Source: Girardia tigrina (Eukaryota). From it: DNA of 57,089 nt. The DNA is taken from NCBI GenBank assembly GCA_001938485.1, contig MQRK01217690.1:1-57089 (forward strand), read 5' to 3'. The notes under the pieces are model-generated. The model was given only the letters and a program-made list of their open reading frames with translations, had not been told where the DNA came from and ran no database searches. A program made the translations under genes and the position numbers. Shown here piece after piece: positions 12,571-25,701 of the stretch (positions are counted from its first letter, which is position 1; each line of letters begins with the position of its first letter).

Positions 12571-13489
12571 AGACCGAGTGTACGATAGTGATTCGTTTGA
12601 TTTAAAATTGACTAGATTTGGTTAGTGAAAATTAAAACTTATCACTTTTAAAAAAATGTATTCGGTTAACCAAAATCTAATAAACTGAATTAATCAAAAG
12701 AAGTATTTTTCTTTGATGAATTCAATTGTTTAGTTTAAAAAAATTATTAAAAAAACAATTGGTTAAACAAAACTCAATTGCAATTCAGTAAACTTTAATA
12801 TTCAAGCACAACTTAACTTCAGACAAAAAATACGTCAACGTTTAACCCAAAAAAATATAACTTTATACCGTACTGATATCAAAGCATACGCCAACTACAG
12901 TCGTAAATATGATAAAAGGATTCTTGAGTACTTGACTTGAATAATAAAATGATTATGATTCAGTAGTCGATTAGTAGAGTCAAAAACACTGGATCGTGTA
13001 GGATAAATACAAATTGTCAGAGCCAAATTTTAACGTCGTCGTCAAGTAATTAATTATTAATTAAGTAATTAAATTTTAAATTGTCATTCTAATTATTGAA
13101 TATTGATTTTTTTTAAATTTCAATTTTGGTCAATATTCATTTTAATTATTTATAATTTCTTTTATTATTTTCTTACCTTTCCACATCTTTGACAATCTGG
13201 AGCCTCACTAAGACATCTCCTAGACACAAATCAAACACAAAGAGATGTTGACACACAATAAAAAAATAAAAGTATAAAAGTATAAAAAAATAAGAACACA
13301 TGCAATAAAAAAAATAAAATATAAAAGTAAATATACAAAAATACAATACAATAACTGAGTAACTCTGGTACAAGATATAAGGAAATTTGAATTTAGAAAT
13401 TAAGAAATTAAATTTAAGTTAAATATAAGTTAAATTAAATTAAATTAGATTCAGTTGAACTTATATTACTGTTTAACTTAATTGTAGCT

Positions 13490-13930
13490 TTGTCAAACCC
13501 AAAAATAATGTGTCCCTACAGAAACCATCGAACAATTAAGACAATCGCCGCATTATCAAAAATAACAATACAAAAAGTTTTATTGTGGCACAATAATACA
13601 CCAACAGAAAATAAAGAACGGCTGATTTGGATGATATACAAGGTGAAGTTTAATGGACGTAAGAGACGTAAGAGAAACATATCGTTTTCTCAAATGGCAA
13701 TTGATAGCTGCCAATGGTTGGTTTGCGAGAATGAGATTGATTGCATTTAGTGCATTTTTCTTAATTTTAGGGAAAAGGTGAAATAAAATTATTTTCATCC
13801 AATAATTTATTGGATAAATTTTATTAATTTTCGGCAAGTTTCCGTATAGTGTACTTTCTTAGTGCATTTTGTGACCAGATGATGAGATTATTATTATCTC
13901 GAAACGCATCGTCTTATTTTTATCCCTATT
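13490..13930 (+). mobile_element. probable Penelope-like 3' end remnant (second family)
   Basis: Hammerhead motif at the end; flanks (TTCCGTATA, TCGTCTTATTTTTATC) shared with the copy near 54810-54900; weak ORF similarity only. Confidence 0.45.
13873..13913 (+). ncRNA. minimal type I hammerhead motif, U4A core variant
   Basis: gac-CAGATGA-t-gagat(tattatt)atctc-GAAA-cgca-TC-gtc. Confidence 0.7.
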
Positions 13931-13949
13931 ACATAGATTTTACTTTAAA

Positions 13950-13952
<3 letters not shown>

Positions 13953-13982
<30 letters not shown>
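13953..13982. repeat. (TA)n microsatellite
   Basis: Direct observation. Confidence 0.97.
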
Positions 13983-13983
<1 letters not shown>

Positions 13984-14589
13984 TGTTTTGGGTTTTTTGG
14001 TGAACTATAAATTTTTTTAATTTTTTATATTGAAAATCATATAAAAATTGAAAATCAAATTAAAAAAAATTGAAAGTCTAATTTAAATTAATGTTTATCA
14101 GTTCAAAATCAAAATGGAAAATAAATATATTTACAAAACATTAATTTTCAGAAATCTATGTTAAACAATATTTTATAGATAATGTTTTACTAATTAAAAT
14201 GGATTAAAATTTTTGATGACATTAATTTACAAAATATTAAAGAATACTTTTATAAAATTAAGTTTAAAAAAATCATAAAATTTTATTGAAATTAATTGTA
14301 AACTGAAATTTATTTTGAAAAAATAATTTATAACTAAATGTTTTAAAAAATTAAAATTATTAATAAAAATTATTTTGGAACTTAATTTTTTAAGATTAGA
14401 TTTCCAATTAAAATATATTTTAAAGATCTAAAATCATATTTCATATAATTTATGCAAAACTTAATAATATAACACTAACGTATATCGATCATTATATTTA
14501 AATTTTTAAAATCTGGTTTATGTAACTGAAATATTGTTTGTATAATGAAAGTTGTAATAGAAATAAAAATTTAGTCTTAGTCACAATCC

Positions 14590-14888
14590 ATATATATATA
14601 TATATATATATNNNNNNNNNNNNNNNNNNNNNNNNNNNNNNNNNNNNNNNNNNNNNNNNNNNNNNNNNNNNNNNNNNNNNNNNNNNNNNNNNNNNNNNNN
14701 NNNNNNNNNNNNNNNNNNNNNNNNNNNNNNNNNNNNNNNNNNNNNNNNNNNNNNNNNNNNNNNNNNNNNNNNNNNNNNNNNNNNNNNNNNNNNNNNNNNN
14801 NNNNNNNNNNNNNNNNNNNNNNNNNNNNNNNNNNNNNNNNNNNNNNNNNNNNNNNNNNNNNNNNNNNNNNNNNNNNNNNNNNNNNNNN

Positions 14889-14948
<60 letters not shown>
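14590..14948. repeat. (TA)n microsatellite spanning an assembly gap
   Basis: TA runs on both sides of an N block. Confidence 0.95.
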
Positions 14949-14950
<2 letters not shown>

Positions 14951-15669
14951 AAAATATAATTTTTCTAAGATTCTTTCTCATTAAATGAATGATATTAAAA
15001 TATAATAGCTGCGCCATTTAAAGATATTTAGTTTCAAGTGTTTCACTAATACATTGATGGGCAATGATAGGGTTTCAGATTTCACTCTGGTATTTATATT
15101 CACAAACTATATTTAAATTATCTCACGTCGTTTCGTCTTATTTTTCATTTAGAAATGATTTATATTGTTAATTTATCATTTTTCCAATCCTACTTTGCTC
15201 TTTCCTGATTTTTTTCTGTAAATATCAGAAAATATAAAATCCTTTAAGAACCATTTACACATTTCAGTGAAAAGGAAATTTATTGTTTATAGGAGTGATG
15301 ATTTTTTTGCTGATAACATTTATCTAAACAACACAAAGTCACATTATATTCAATTTTCTAGAAATATTTGTCCATGTCAAGAAATTGAAAAAAAATATAT
15401 TATAAAAAGTTTTGCGATTAATTTTTCAGCTAAGAAGCATAGATATGATAATAGCCTTTAGAGATTTAAAAATCGGACTTTATTTAGTAGTAAAATGTAA
15501 AAAATACTGTACGATTATTAAAATAAATCATTGAGTTTCGAATAAGAGGTTGTACAGAGTGTGGAAGCTATTTGAGAACATATTATTTCCGTTGGAAAAA
15601 TGAATTGATAAAATTATATATTAAAGTTTTATATATATGAATATAAACATCAAGAACTACATCATTCAA

Positions 15670-16062
15670 TGAAACCAAAATCAGCGGCAGTAACAGCTTT
15701 TATTCGCTGTTCAAAGCAACTGCTGGATATAATGATATGGGTCTTTGGCAAGTTTACCAATATAACCACTACAACAACTCTGAAAGCTGAAACAGTGTTG
15801 CGGGGATGCCTATTGGAATCTTTCTCAACTAAGCCTCACACATAAAATCAAGTGGATTAATATCTGGCGATCTGCGATGAGGCCAAACGTTAGGTGTGCC
15901 GTTGTCCTGAAAACTCTGAGGCATTCATTCCGGATGTATAAGATGATGCTTAGTCATGTTATGACAACTATGATTAACATATCGGTGCAAACAATGGTAT
16001 TGACTATGGTACCTGAAGTATAAAAATGGGGAGGTATCACATCTCATTCACTAATAACCACA
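15670..16062 (-). pseudogene. Tc1/mariner (maT/DD37D-like) transposase remnant, target of the BEL insertion
   Basis: WP..RSPDINPLDF at about 15845-15885, followed by a YVxGLVEKDSNRHP-like segment. Confidence 0.65.
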
Positions 16063-16067
16063 CCGAG

Positions 16068-19000
16068 TGTTCGAGTCAAATCAATGAAACGAATTAATTA
16101 TTCAAAGCAATTAGTCAAAAAAAATTTGATTTAATTTTTTTTGATTTGATTTTAAAGAAAAACATTATTAAAAAAAAACATTTATTTGAGAAAATTAATT
16201 AATTTGAATTGAAAAGAATATAATAATTTATTCTGTTGTTTTAATAAATCAATTTTGAAGGTCGTTGATAATAAACATTGAAAAATAAAAGAATTTGATT
16301 GAATATCTAATTGATTTTTTTGTCTATTTCCTTTGAATTTAAAAATCTTCGGATCTAAATAAAATAATTAAAAGGAAATGAAAGTAAACAATTACAAGTC
16401 AACATTTAGTAGCAGATCGTGTTTGAACTTAAATGGGAATCGTCAGCAATTGATTTCGGATGATCGATCGAGAGTATCACCGAACGATTCCTCTTCTGGC
16501 GACTATGTGGAAGATTTGGTGAATTGTTCTTTCCTTGATCGTCTGGGAAGTAAGTCATGTTTTGGCGCTGAAGATCGGCTGTCGATGATGCTTAGTGAGA
16601 GTTGCCGCGATTTATGGACAGACGGAAAGGAAAATAATCGATTTGAAATGGAAGAAATTAAATTAATATTTGTGGATTTCGTTAATAGAGTCGATTCTTT
16701 TAAATGTAATTTGCAATGGGATTACAACGATTGCGTAGCAAGTCTAGCTAATTTAACTGAATCACTAGGAATTCCTTCTAAAAAAATAAATTCGATTTTT
16801 TTTGAAAGTGAGAGAGATTTTCGTGAGATTTATTAAAAAAGGCGATAACGATTATTATAAAACTGGAATCGAGTATAGAAAAGAACTTAATCAAATATCC
16901 AATGATTCAAACCAACTGAAATTGAAAATTACGAGTCTAAACAACTTAACAAATATTACAAGTTTAATTGCCGAAATAAGTAATCAAATAATGAATACAA
17001 ATCTCAAACACTCCCACCAGCTGACCTGATTTAAGCTGACGAGTTTTAAGGACGTTATAGAACAACAAAAGGAATGTAAAAGTGCAATTCTCGAGGGCAG
17101 TTTTGAGAATCTCTTTACAGAATATTCGAATTTTGTGAAGGGTGTAGTTGGCAGCGAAGATCTCAATTGGCCGGAAGATGAGGATGATAAGAAAAAGTTT
17201 GAAGGAAAAGACACAGAATTACAGATATTCATAAAAAACGCTTTTTGTGAAAACAATTGCCTTCGATTTAAAAAATCGAGAAACGATAAAACACATCAAA
17301 GCAAAAATTGAAAACAAGGAGAAAATTCCAGTCAGCTTACAACAATTAATGGTTTGATTGATTACTATTAGAAGATCACAAAATAATAAAGTAAAGTGAT
17401 ATAGCTAAGAATGCTACACTTCATCTTCTGCAATACGCCAATTTAACGAGAGAAATAAATGGGTCCTTTCCAGTGAGGGTAAATAATTTAAAGGACCTTG
17501 AATGTTTCGTAGGATTGTTGGAAGCTATTATTTCTAGATCAGAGAATAATAACAAGGAAGTGGAGATTGAAGGAGGATTATTATACATCACATTGACGGC
17601 AAAATTACCCGAAGTTCTCGTCGAGCGTCGGAAGAGAACTCGCCTTTCTGAAGGAAAACCTCAGAAATTATCAGTTTTAAAGGATTGGCTAATAAATGAG
17701 GTGGAAATAAAGCGGACCGCTGCGGAAGCCGTTCATGGTATCAGCACATTCAATCCCAAACAGCGCTACTTGGTACAAAGCATCAGATTTTAAGCACATT
17801 GACCAAGGTTTACGACCCGATTGGTTTCCTAACAGTATATACTGTATAATGCCGGGGAAAATATTAATACTAAAAATCTGGATGAATGACACCGTTTGGG
17901 ACGTTGAAATTTCAGAACCGTTAAAAATATGAGCCCAGAATTGGGTTGAACTACAAAAGAATCTAGATAAAATTAGTGTCAAAAGAATTTCAATTGAAAA
18001 AGGAGGAAAAATTCAAATCCATGTCTTTTTTGATGCTTCTAAGGATGCTTACGGAGTTAGTTACATCAGAGAGATTGATAAGAATGATGATAACACCAAT
18101 ATATAACACCAAGTATGTCCAACGAAAATAGTTTCGATTCCACCATTGGAATTAATGGCTGCGGTAGTCGGAGTAAAGTTGGAGAGAAAATTAGTCAGCG
18201 CCTTGGGTATAACCATGGATGAAATCCTTTTTTGGACTGACAGCATGGATGTATTGTATTGCATAACAAGATACGGGAAAAAGTTTAGTACATTTATTGC
18301 TAATCGAATTGGTTATATTCAGGAATTTACAAGAGGGAATCAATAGAGATCCGTGCCATCAAAAGAAAATCCGGTCGATATTCTTTCTAGAGGAACAACT
18401 TTCAGAAATGCAAAAATGGTGAAAGAGCCCGAAAATCCTTCAACTTCAGGAAGAAGATTGACCAGAATGACTAAAAGAGTTAAAAACTGAAGTGTGGTTA
18501 GAGAAAAAGGGTGTTGTCTTGAGCACAGTGCATATCGGTGAGAAAAATAATTCCGAGAATTCCGTGGCTAATAATCATCATTCGAAATAGAGAAAATAAG
18601 TCTTGAAAAGAATATCCGAGACACATATGATAGATAGAGTTAAAAAAGTTGAAAATGATCATAAAGAAAGTGAGTTTGAATTAGCAGAAAAAGAAATAAT
18701 AATGGAAGATCAACAGGAATGGTTTAAATCGCAGATACAATTAATTAAGGCATGAAAAACACTTAAAGTAAAGGATTCAATATTAAAAGCAAATCCTATG
18801 ATTGTAGAAGACGGACTGTTGAGAAGCAACAGTAGGATAGTGAAATCTGAGTACCTTCCTTGGAGTTTACGATATCCGATAATACTGTCTAATAAAAGTC
18901 CAATAGCGAAATTGATAGTGGAACATGTTCATCAAGAATATCTTCACTGTGCTGGCATTAATCAACAGTATTATAAATTATCCGAAAGATTTTGGTTCCC

Positions 19001-20608
19001 AAAAATGTGTAAATTTGTAAAAGGATATCAAAAGTTTTGCAAGATCTGTTCGAGAGATCAGCCAAAGGAATGACTCAGATAATGGGTGATATACCGGAAT
19101 TTCGCCTTCGAGAGCCGTTAAGGGCATTTAATAAAATCGGAATTGATTATGCAGGTCCAATATACACTAAACAAGGACGAGGAAGAGCGAAAGAAAAAAG
19201 ATATATCTGATTGATCATTTGTCTCCAAAGTAGGGAAATTCATATTGAATTGGCTAAAGGGTTAGATACTGATGATCATAGGAGAGCTTTAAAAAGATCT
19301 ATTTCCAAAAGAGGGAGACCATCGATGATAATTTCGGATAACAGTGGAAACTTCCGAGGAATAAATGGCGAAATTGTAGAGATTAAACAAGATACTTACA
19401 AGGCCCTAAATGTATTAAATGATGGAGAAATTAGATGGATCTTTAATCCTCCGGAGGCACCCCATTTTGAAGGAATTTTTGAGTTTATGGTGAAATCAAT
19501 CAAAATTGCGCTATTCACCATCCTCGGTACGGCTGAAGTTACAGATGAGAAATTGGAAACAATCTCATAGAAATAGAGGGGATCGTTAATTCTAGACCGT
19601 TGACGAGATCCATGGAAGATCCTAGAGACAATCTGATACTTACGCCAAATCATTTTATCATTGCTGATTATCAAGGAGAATGTGATTTTATGATGACTGG
19701 ATCAGAAAAAAGAAATGTAAATTCCAGATGGAAGCACGTGCAGTATCTCACTATTCAATTTTTGAATAGATGGAAAAAGGAATTAATCATCGAATGGAGG
19801 AACAGAAATAAATGGTTAAAAGAAAATCGAGATCTGAAAGAGAGAGATTTGGTATGGGTTTTAGAGTCAGATGATGGTCGAAGGAATTGGCCTATGGAGA
19901 GAGAGTAGATATTAGAGAGAGTAATATTGGGTACTGAAGAAAAATGTAGAGTAGTGGATGTCAAATTGGATGGAGTTGTAAATAGACGAGCAATCAAGAA
20001 GGTATGTAAAATTGACGATGAGAAACAAATTCCTTGTGAAGAGACTATGCCGATCCAAGAGAATAGTGATGCTGATACGAGTGATGTCGATAACTTTAGT
20101 GGTCAATGCGAGGAGAGTGTGAGTGTTCGAGGCGACTTGAGTGCGAGTGGTTGTTCCGAGGATGGTATGGAAGGATGCGGCGAGGAGGACACTGTCGGGA
20201 CGAGCGAGGAGATGGCGAGCTTAGAGGAACTACGAGATCGGCCTACACTGGAAAATCACTTCGGTTCATGGGGGGAGAATATGTTCGACTAAAATCGATG
20301 AACCGAATTGATTTTTCAAAGAAATTATTCAAAAAAATTTTGATTTAATTTGTTGTGTAAAAAGAAAATCATTATCGTAAAATAACATTTATTTTAGAAA
20401 ATTAATTAATTTGAATTGAAAAGAATATAATAATTTATTCTGCTGTTTTAATTAATCAATTTTGAAGGTTGTTGATAATAAACATTGGAAAATAAAAGAA
20501 TTTGATCGAATATCTAATTGATTTTTTGTCTATTTCCTTTGAATTTAAAAATCTTCGGATTTAAATAGAATAATTAAAAAAATGACTTTAAACAATTACA
20601 AATCAGCA
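16068..20608 (+). mobile_element. BEL/Pao LTR retrotransposon, two LTRs, internally deleted and decayed
   Basis: LTRs 16068-16404 and 20282-20608 (TG...CA), exact TSD CCGAG, PPT GGGGGAGAA; HVFFDASKDAYG, ELMAAVVG, FWTDSMD, GIDYAGP, WIFNPPEAPHFEGIFE and LTPNHF motifs. Confidence 0.95.
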
Positions 20609-20718
20609 CCGAGACAATGATGCTGTAAATTCGGTATAGATGACCTAGGTACCTTCAAAAAAGGCTTGGTCTGTAATGATAATGTCGAATTTTCGATTAA
20701 GTTTAACACTTTATTTAA

Positions 20719-20953
20719 CCCTTAGTAGCCTGATTTACGAAAGTGATTTATTTTTAATATTACTGTGTTTGCCGCGCAAGTAATGTCATAGATAAAATAA
20801 AACAATAATGACTTTTGATTTTTTTTAAATTTCGTTGGAAAGAATATTATACAACAGTAAAATGCGTACAGCCAACCTATAAAAAACTAATAGTAATGTG
20901 AATATTCGGTTTAAAAGATTGGTATCAAAATTGGAACTCTAGGTTATTAAGGG
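20719..20953. mobile_element. piggyBac-like non-autonomous element
   Basis: TTAA|CCCTTAGTAGCCT ... AGGTTATTAAGGG|TTAA. Confidence 0.75.
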
Positions 20954-21869
20954 TTAAGTTGTCATTATAGAATATATTTAACATCGACAATAATTTTCCA
21001 GGTGATATCGACTTTCTGGAATTTAAAAAATAATTTATCACTTAAAACACGAAATTTTCTATATCCCAGTTACTTCTGATTATGGAAAAAATATCTAAAA
21101 TATCGAGGGATATTTGAAGGCCTTATAATGTTCAAATATTAATATACTAAAACAAATAATATAGAAATGTTAGATAACATTTGGCCGTACACAAAACATG
21201 AATTATTGATTGTTATCTTCAAATAAAAAGATGATAAAACTTATTTGAATATCATTAATGGTCTTAAAGCTCTAATTTACCTTCGAAATTAAAATAATTT
21301 AATATTTTTATAATATTTCTTATTGTTTTAATAATCAGTTCTCATAAAGTTTCAAATAAAACAGCTTTCTTCCGAGCTAAATATATTAATGTTCTTGGAG
21401 CATTAAACCTTTCAACGATATAGTATAAACGTATCACTTACTTGAGGAAATACTTTTAGGAAACATTCGTAATTTGTACTTTTTAGAAGTTTGAAATATT
21501 GAACAGTTAAAATTAGTCTTTTTCACAGGAATAAATTACAAAATTGTCGACAAATATGATTCATCTTTTGAACGGCTACTTAATGATTATCGCTTTGATA
21601 CAAATATTTATATGAACTTCCTGAAATTTATATAAACATTCCAATAATTGTCAACAAAATAATAATAATATAATTATTATTATCTAAAAAGACTAATAAT
21701 ATAATTAGTAAGTATTGTTTTGAAAAAATTAATTTATAAATAAAATTTTGTTGGTTATTCATTATACATATGTTTTATTATAAAACTGAAAATTTAAAAT
21801 ACCATAATTATTTTTCGATATCTCTTTGTGGTAAATTACAAGATATTATTTCCTAAAACTTATTAATTT

Positions 21870-22090
21870 CGTTGCTAGCAGCTTACAAGGGCAATCAGCG
21901 ATCTTCGCGTTTCCTCACTTATGTTTCGCATCTTGATTTATCCACTAAAAGCGGAAGTATTAAAATAATTCAACACTAACATCCCCTCGCTTTGAGATTT
22001 GATCAATTTCTGTAGATATCCGTCGTTACCTTAATAAACTCATCTAATCTACGTATCTTTTCTGTGAATTTTCCGTTTTTTTGCCGAAAG
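21870..22090 (-). mobile_element. 3' end fragment of an LTR element (PPT plus LTR start)
   Basis: Minus strand AAAGCGAGGGGA|TGTTAGTG, analogous to GACGAGGGAGA|TGTGAGG at 39080-39097. Confidence 0.4.
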
Positions 22091-22760
22091 CAATGAATAC
22101 ACGATAGAAAAATAATACGTTGCTTTATTCATTGATTTTTAAACTATTAATCAAGATAATTATAGAAATAATAAAAACAGAAAATAATGATAAAATGTCG
22201 AATAAAAGGATAACATTAAATAATTACTTTTGCTATACTGATTTTCAGAAGAACCTTTCAGAAGTTTCATATAACTATCACTAATTATAATAACTTAATA
22301 AAGATAAAATAATTAATGAAATAATAAAAATTTCTTGATAAAGTTATTTATTAATTTTATTAAATATTAATTTTATAAATTAATTTTATTTTTTATATAT
22401 TAATTTTATTAATTTTATTAATTTTATTTTATTCCGTGAAACTGTCAACAATGCGACTTTTAATTTAAGTTATTTTTTAATTTATATCTTTACAATTTTA
22501 AATTCCTTTATTATTATCTCTAACTATAATTTATGCATGACATTTGTTTTGTGTCTGACAATTTTTAAATATTTACTTTGCTATTATTATATGTTCCCTT
22601 TGCTGGTGAGATAGATTGAGAATAATATATACGTGCCCATTAAATTTATTATCATACATGAAATCAAATGTAGCAAACTCTATGTATATATTTCAATGTA
22701 TATTTCTTTTTTAAAGCACTAAGAACAACTTTTTAAAATTCCTTTTAAGAAAATATAATT

Positions 22761-22763
<3 letters not shown>

Positions 22764-22807
<44 letters not shown>
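22764..22807. repeat. (TA)n microsatellite
   Basis: Direct observation. Confidence 0.97.
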
Positions 22808-22811
<4 letters not shown>

Positions 22812-23249
22812 GTGTTAGGTCAAATTGATGAACTAGGCAAGTTTTGCAGAATTCCCTAACTATATGAAAAATTATATATTTAATATTAAAAAAATATCTA
22901 TTTAATATGAAAAAATAGTTCTAATTTATTATACAAAATAGACTCTAAATATAAAATTTTTATTCATAGTTGTTTGGTTCTTGATCAAAATTATAATTCA
23001 TTAACATACAAATTTTATTTCTATAACAATAACAATTATTTAAACAATTTTTTCTTGAGAAACTTTTCTTTTGTTTTCTTTTTTTGGCCAGATTAATTAT
23101 ACATAAAAATACTGGATTATAATACTGATAACTTATTTATTAAAACGTTAATTAAAATTAAATTTATTTTTTGAGTACGTTAATTAAATTATTATGTACA
23201 GGTAGTCGTCGAATTACGACCACGATTGGTTCCGACAGACCTTTTAAAC

Positions 23250-24060
23250 ATTTTAAAATCATTTTCTCCGATTTTCTTTTTACATTTTAAATTATGTTCG
23301 GCAATATTGCTCCCATTATCCAACCGACTATGCTCTTTGATCCGTTTGCAGAGATGACGAGATGTCTCTCCAATGTATGTGGCGTTACACCCATTACATG
23401 TATATTTATAAACAAGATCGGAGCACAAACCGAGAGGAGTGGGAGATTTATTACTGAGGGAGATTTATCGATTCCTTATTCAGATGGTTTTAAACATTTA
23501 AAATCATCAATTTTGAAAAGTTTGATCCCAAATACCATGAATCTAAAAATTATTTCCCAATCATATAAAATTCGTGATATGCTCAGTAATAAATCTCCCA
23601 CTTCTCTCGGTTTGTGCTCCGATCTTGTTTATAAATGTACATGTAATGGGTGTAACGCCACATACATTGGAGAGACTGCTCGTCATCTCTGCAAACGGAT
23701 CAAAGAGCATAGTCGGTTGGATAATGGGAGCAATATTGCCGAACATAATTTAAAATGTAAAAAGAAAATCGGAGAAAATGATTTTAAAATTCTGTGTAAT
23801 CGATTTAAAAATTACTGGGAGAGAGTAACGTGTGAGGCCTTATTAATAAGATCCATGGATCCAAAAATTAATATCAAAGCTTCACACTCAACTTCTCTGT
23901 TAAACATTTTCAAATAGAGCCTTTATTACACGATTGATTGCATAATCACCTTTTTCATATATAAGCTGCAAAAAGCCAGTGTTAATTTAGTCTGAAAATG
24001 GCGGGTAATCCGCCGAAATTAATTACGAAAATAAATTGTGAAAAATGGCGTTCACTTTTT
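23250..24060 (+). mobile_element. Penelope-like element, 5' truncated with an inverted 5' segment
   Basis: GIY-YIG domain LVYKCTCNGCNATYIGETARHLCKRIKEH ending at 23917; 23250-23458 is an inverted copy of 23582-23790; hammerhead and AATAAA downstream. Confidence 0.92.
23986..24030 (+). ncRNA. minimal type I hammerhead motif, G8A core variant
   Basis: tttagt-CTGAAAA-t-ggcgg(gtaat)ccgcc-GAAA-ttaa-TT-acgaaa; palindromic stem III region AATTAATT. Confidence 0.72.
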
Positions 24061-24299
24061 AATAATGAATATAAATTGCCATTATTTTTTAAATTCCTTA
24101 TTTAATTATAATTATGATTTTTATACAAAATACACACATTAATAATTAAAACTAATAAATAAACCAATTTAGAATTTAATGTTATGAGTCACTCAACATA
24201 AATATTCTATTTCATTGTCATTGGGTACAAAGTTATGTTATAATAATCATAAAACAAAAACATTTTTTATTATAAAATCAAAATAAATTTTTATTCGAA

Positions 24300-24540
24300 A
24301 AATTTTATTTGTAAAAATCTCTTTTCATATAAATTTCCATTTCTTGGTCGTATAAATTACGTATAAATTGCGCATAAATTAAGTTTGAATTCTCAAAAAC
24401 TTGTTATTAATATTATTCGTATAAATTTTTTTTGTATAAATTTTTTATAAATTTCCGTTTGTATAGATGTCATTCATATAATTTTCCATTCAAATAAATT
24501 TCAATCGTATAAATGTTTTCGTAGAAATTTCTAGACACGC
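24300..24540. repeat. degenerate short tandem array (TATAAATT-containing units), possibly subterminal repeats of a DNA transposon
   Basis: Recurrent CGTATAAATT-like units ending at CTAGACACG. Confidence 0.4.
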
Positions 24541-25701
24541 TTTTTCGGACACTCAAAAAATAGATGATATTTTTCTTACTTGAAAACGAATGTAATTTTT
24601 TAAATATTCAATCTGAAATATAATATTTAACAGGAATGTTTTATCTGAATAACTTGTAATCCGAAAAAATCATTTGCAATTTTCTGCATATTATATCCGG
24701 ATTTGTATGGTAAATTAGAGAAGCATTTTAAAATTACTTAAAATATTTGTTTGTAATAAATTATTTTATTCGTTGATTTAAATAAGAATAGCAAATTTAA
24801 AATTTATGACTTTCTGTTAAAGTTTTAAAAGTTGTTGTGTTCTTTTGCATTGCTCGGTCTGATTCATGAAGAGTCTAGCTTTCAAAGTCAGTGAAATTAT
24901 TAGCAAAACTGATAAAAAAATCCATTAAATATCAAGAAAAATATAGTTTGACAATTTATAATGAAAATTTTCAATTCAATTTTTACAATTAATGAAAATT
25001 TTCAATTCAGTAGAAAAACCGTATATTTCGATGAAAAAGATGATCTTTTATCTCTAAAATATATCGCAGAATTAAGAGTTCAATTTTTGTTACTGATAGA
25101 TAAGGAGATCCTCTTTATAAGAACTTAAAATAATATAAATATTTTGTCAAATTGTAATAAATGAAATTAATTTTAAATTTCATTATATTTAACTTCCCAG
25201 ACACATATATTATAATTGTTGTGAAAGAGAATATCCAACTAGGAAAAATATATTTGAATTAACAATTTACAATAATGATTATTAAAACAACACACACATT
25301 AAAATACATTAACATTTACATAATTATTCCATACTCACCCTGTTCGATAACTTAATTTCTGTATCTTTTAGGCTTCAGTCGGTCTCGAACTGGATTGCGT
25401 CTCACTCTTGTTTCATTAATATTCCGTCGATCTTCCTCTGGCGTCTGGTCTTCTTCATGTACATCATTTTTGATCATTTTTGATACTTTTTGACATAATT
25501 GTTGTAGCCTTTTCTGATTTTCTCGTGTCATTTTGTGGTGTTCTCAATCTTTTGATATCCATCACATTTCTCTCAATTATTCTTCCACCACTAATCCTTT
25601 TTAATCTGTACGCATGCTTCCCATGTTACCGATCACCGCATATGGCCCTTCGTATCTCGGCATATCGATTCCTTTGATTCGCGGTAGTATTCTAGCCAGC
25701 A

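Noticed and set aside
14538-15017. ORFs with YIYI runs and X
   Set aside because: Artefacts of TA repeats and N gaps; the same applies to 40431-40664.
15110-15150. ATTATCTC...TCGTCTTATTTT similar to the hammerhead family tail
   Set aside because: Catalytic core absent; at most a scrambled remnant.
23198-23240. TA|CAGGTAGTCGTCGAATTACGACC Tigger-like TIR
   Set aside because: Matching opposite end not found, so not called as an element.
24300-24540. Repeat array as CRISPR
   Set aside because: Short degenerate units without unique spacers, eukaryotic context, no cas genes.
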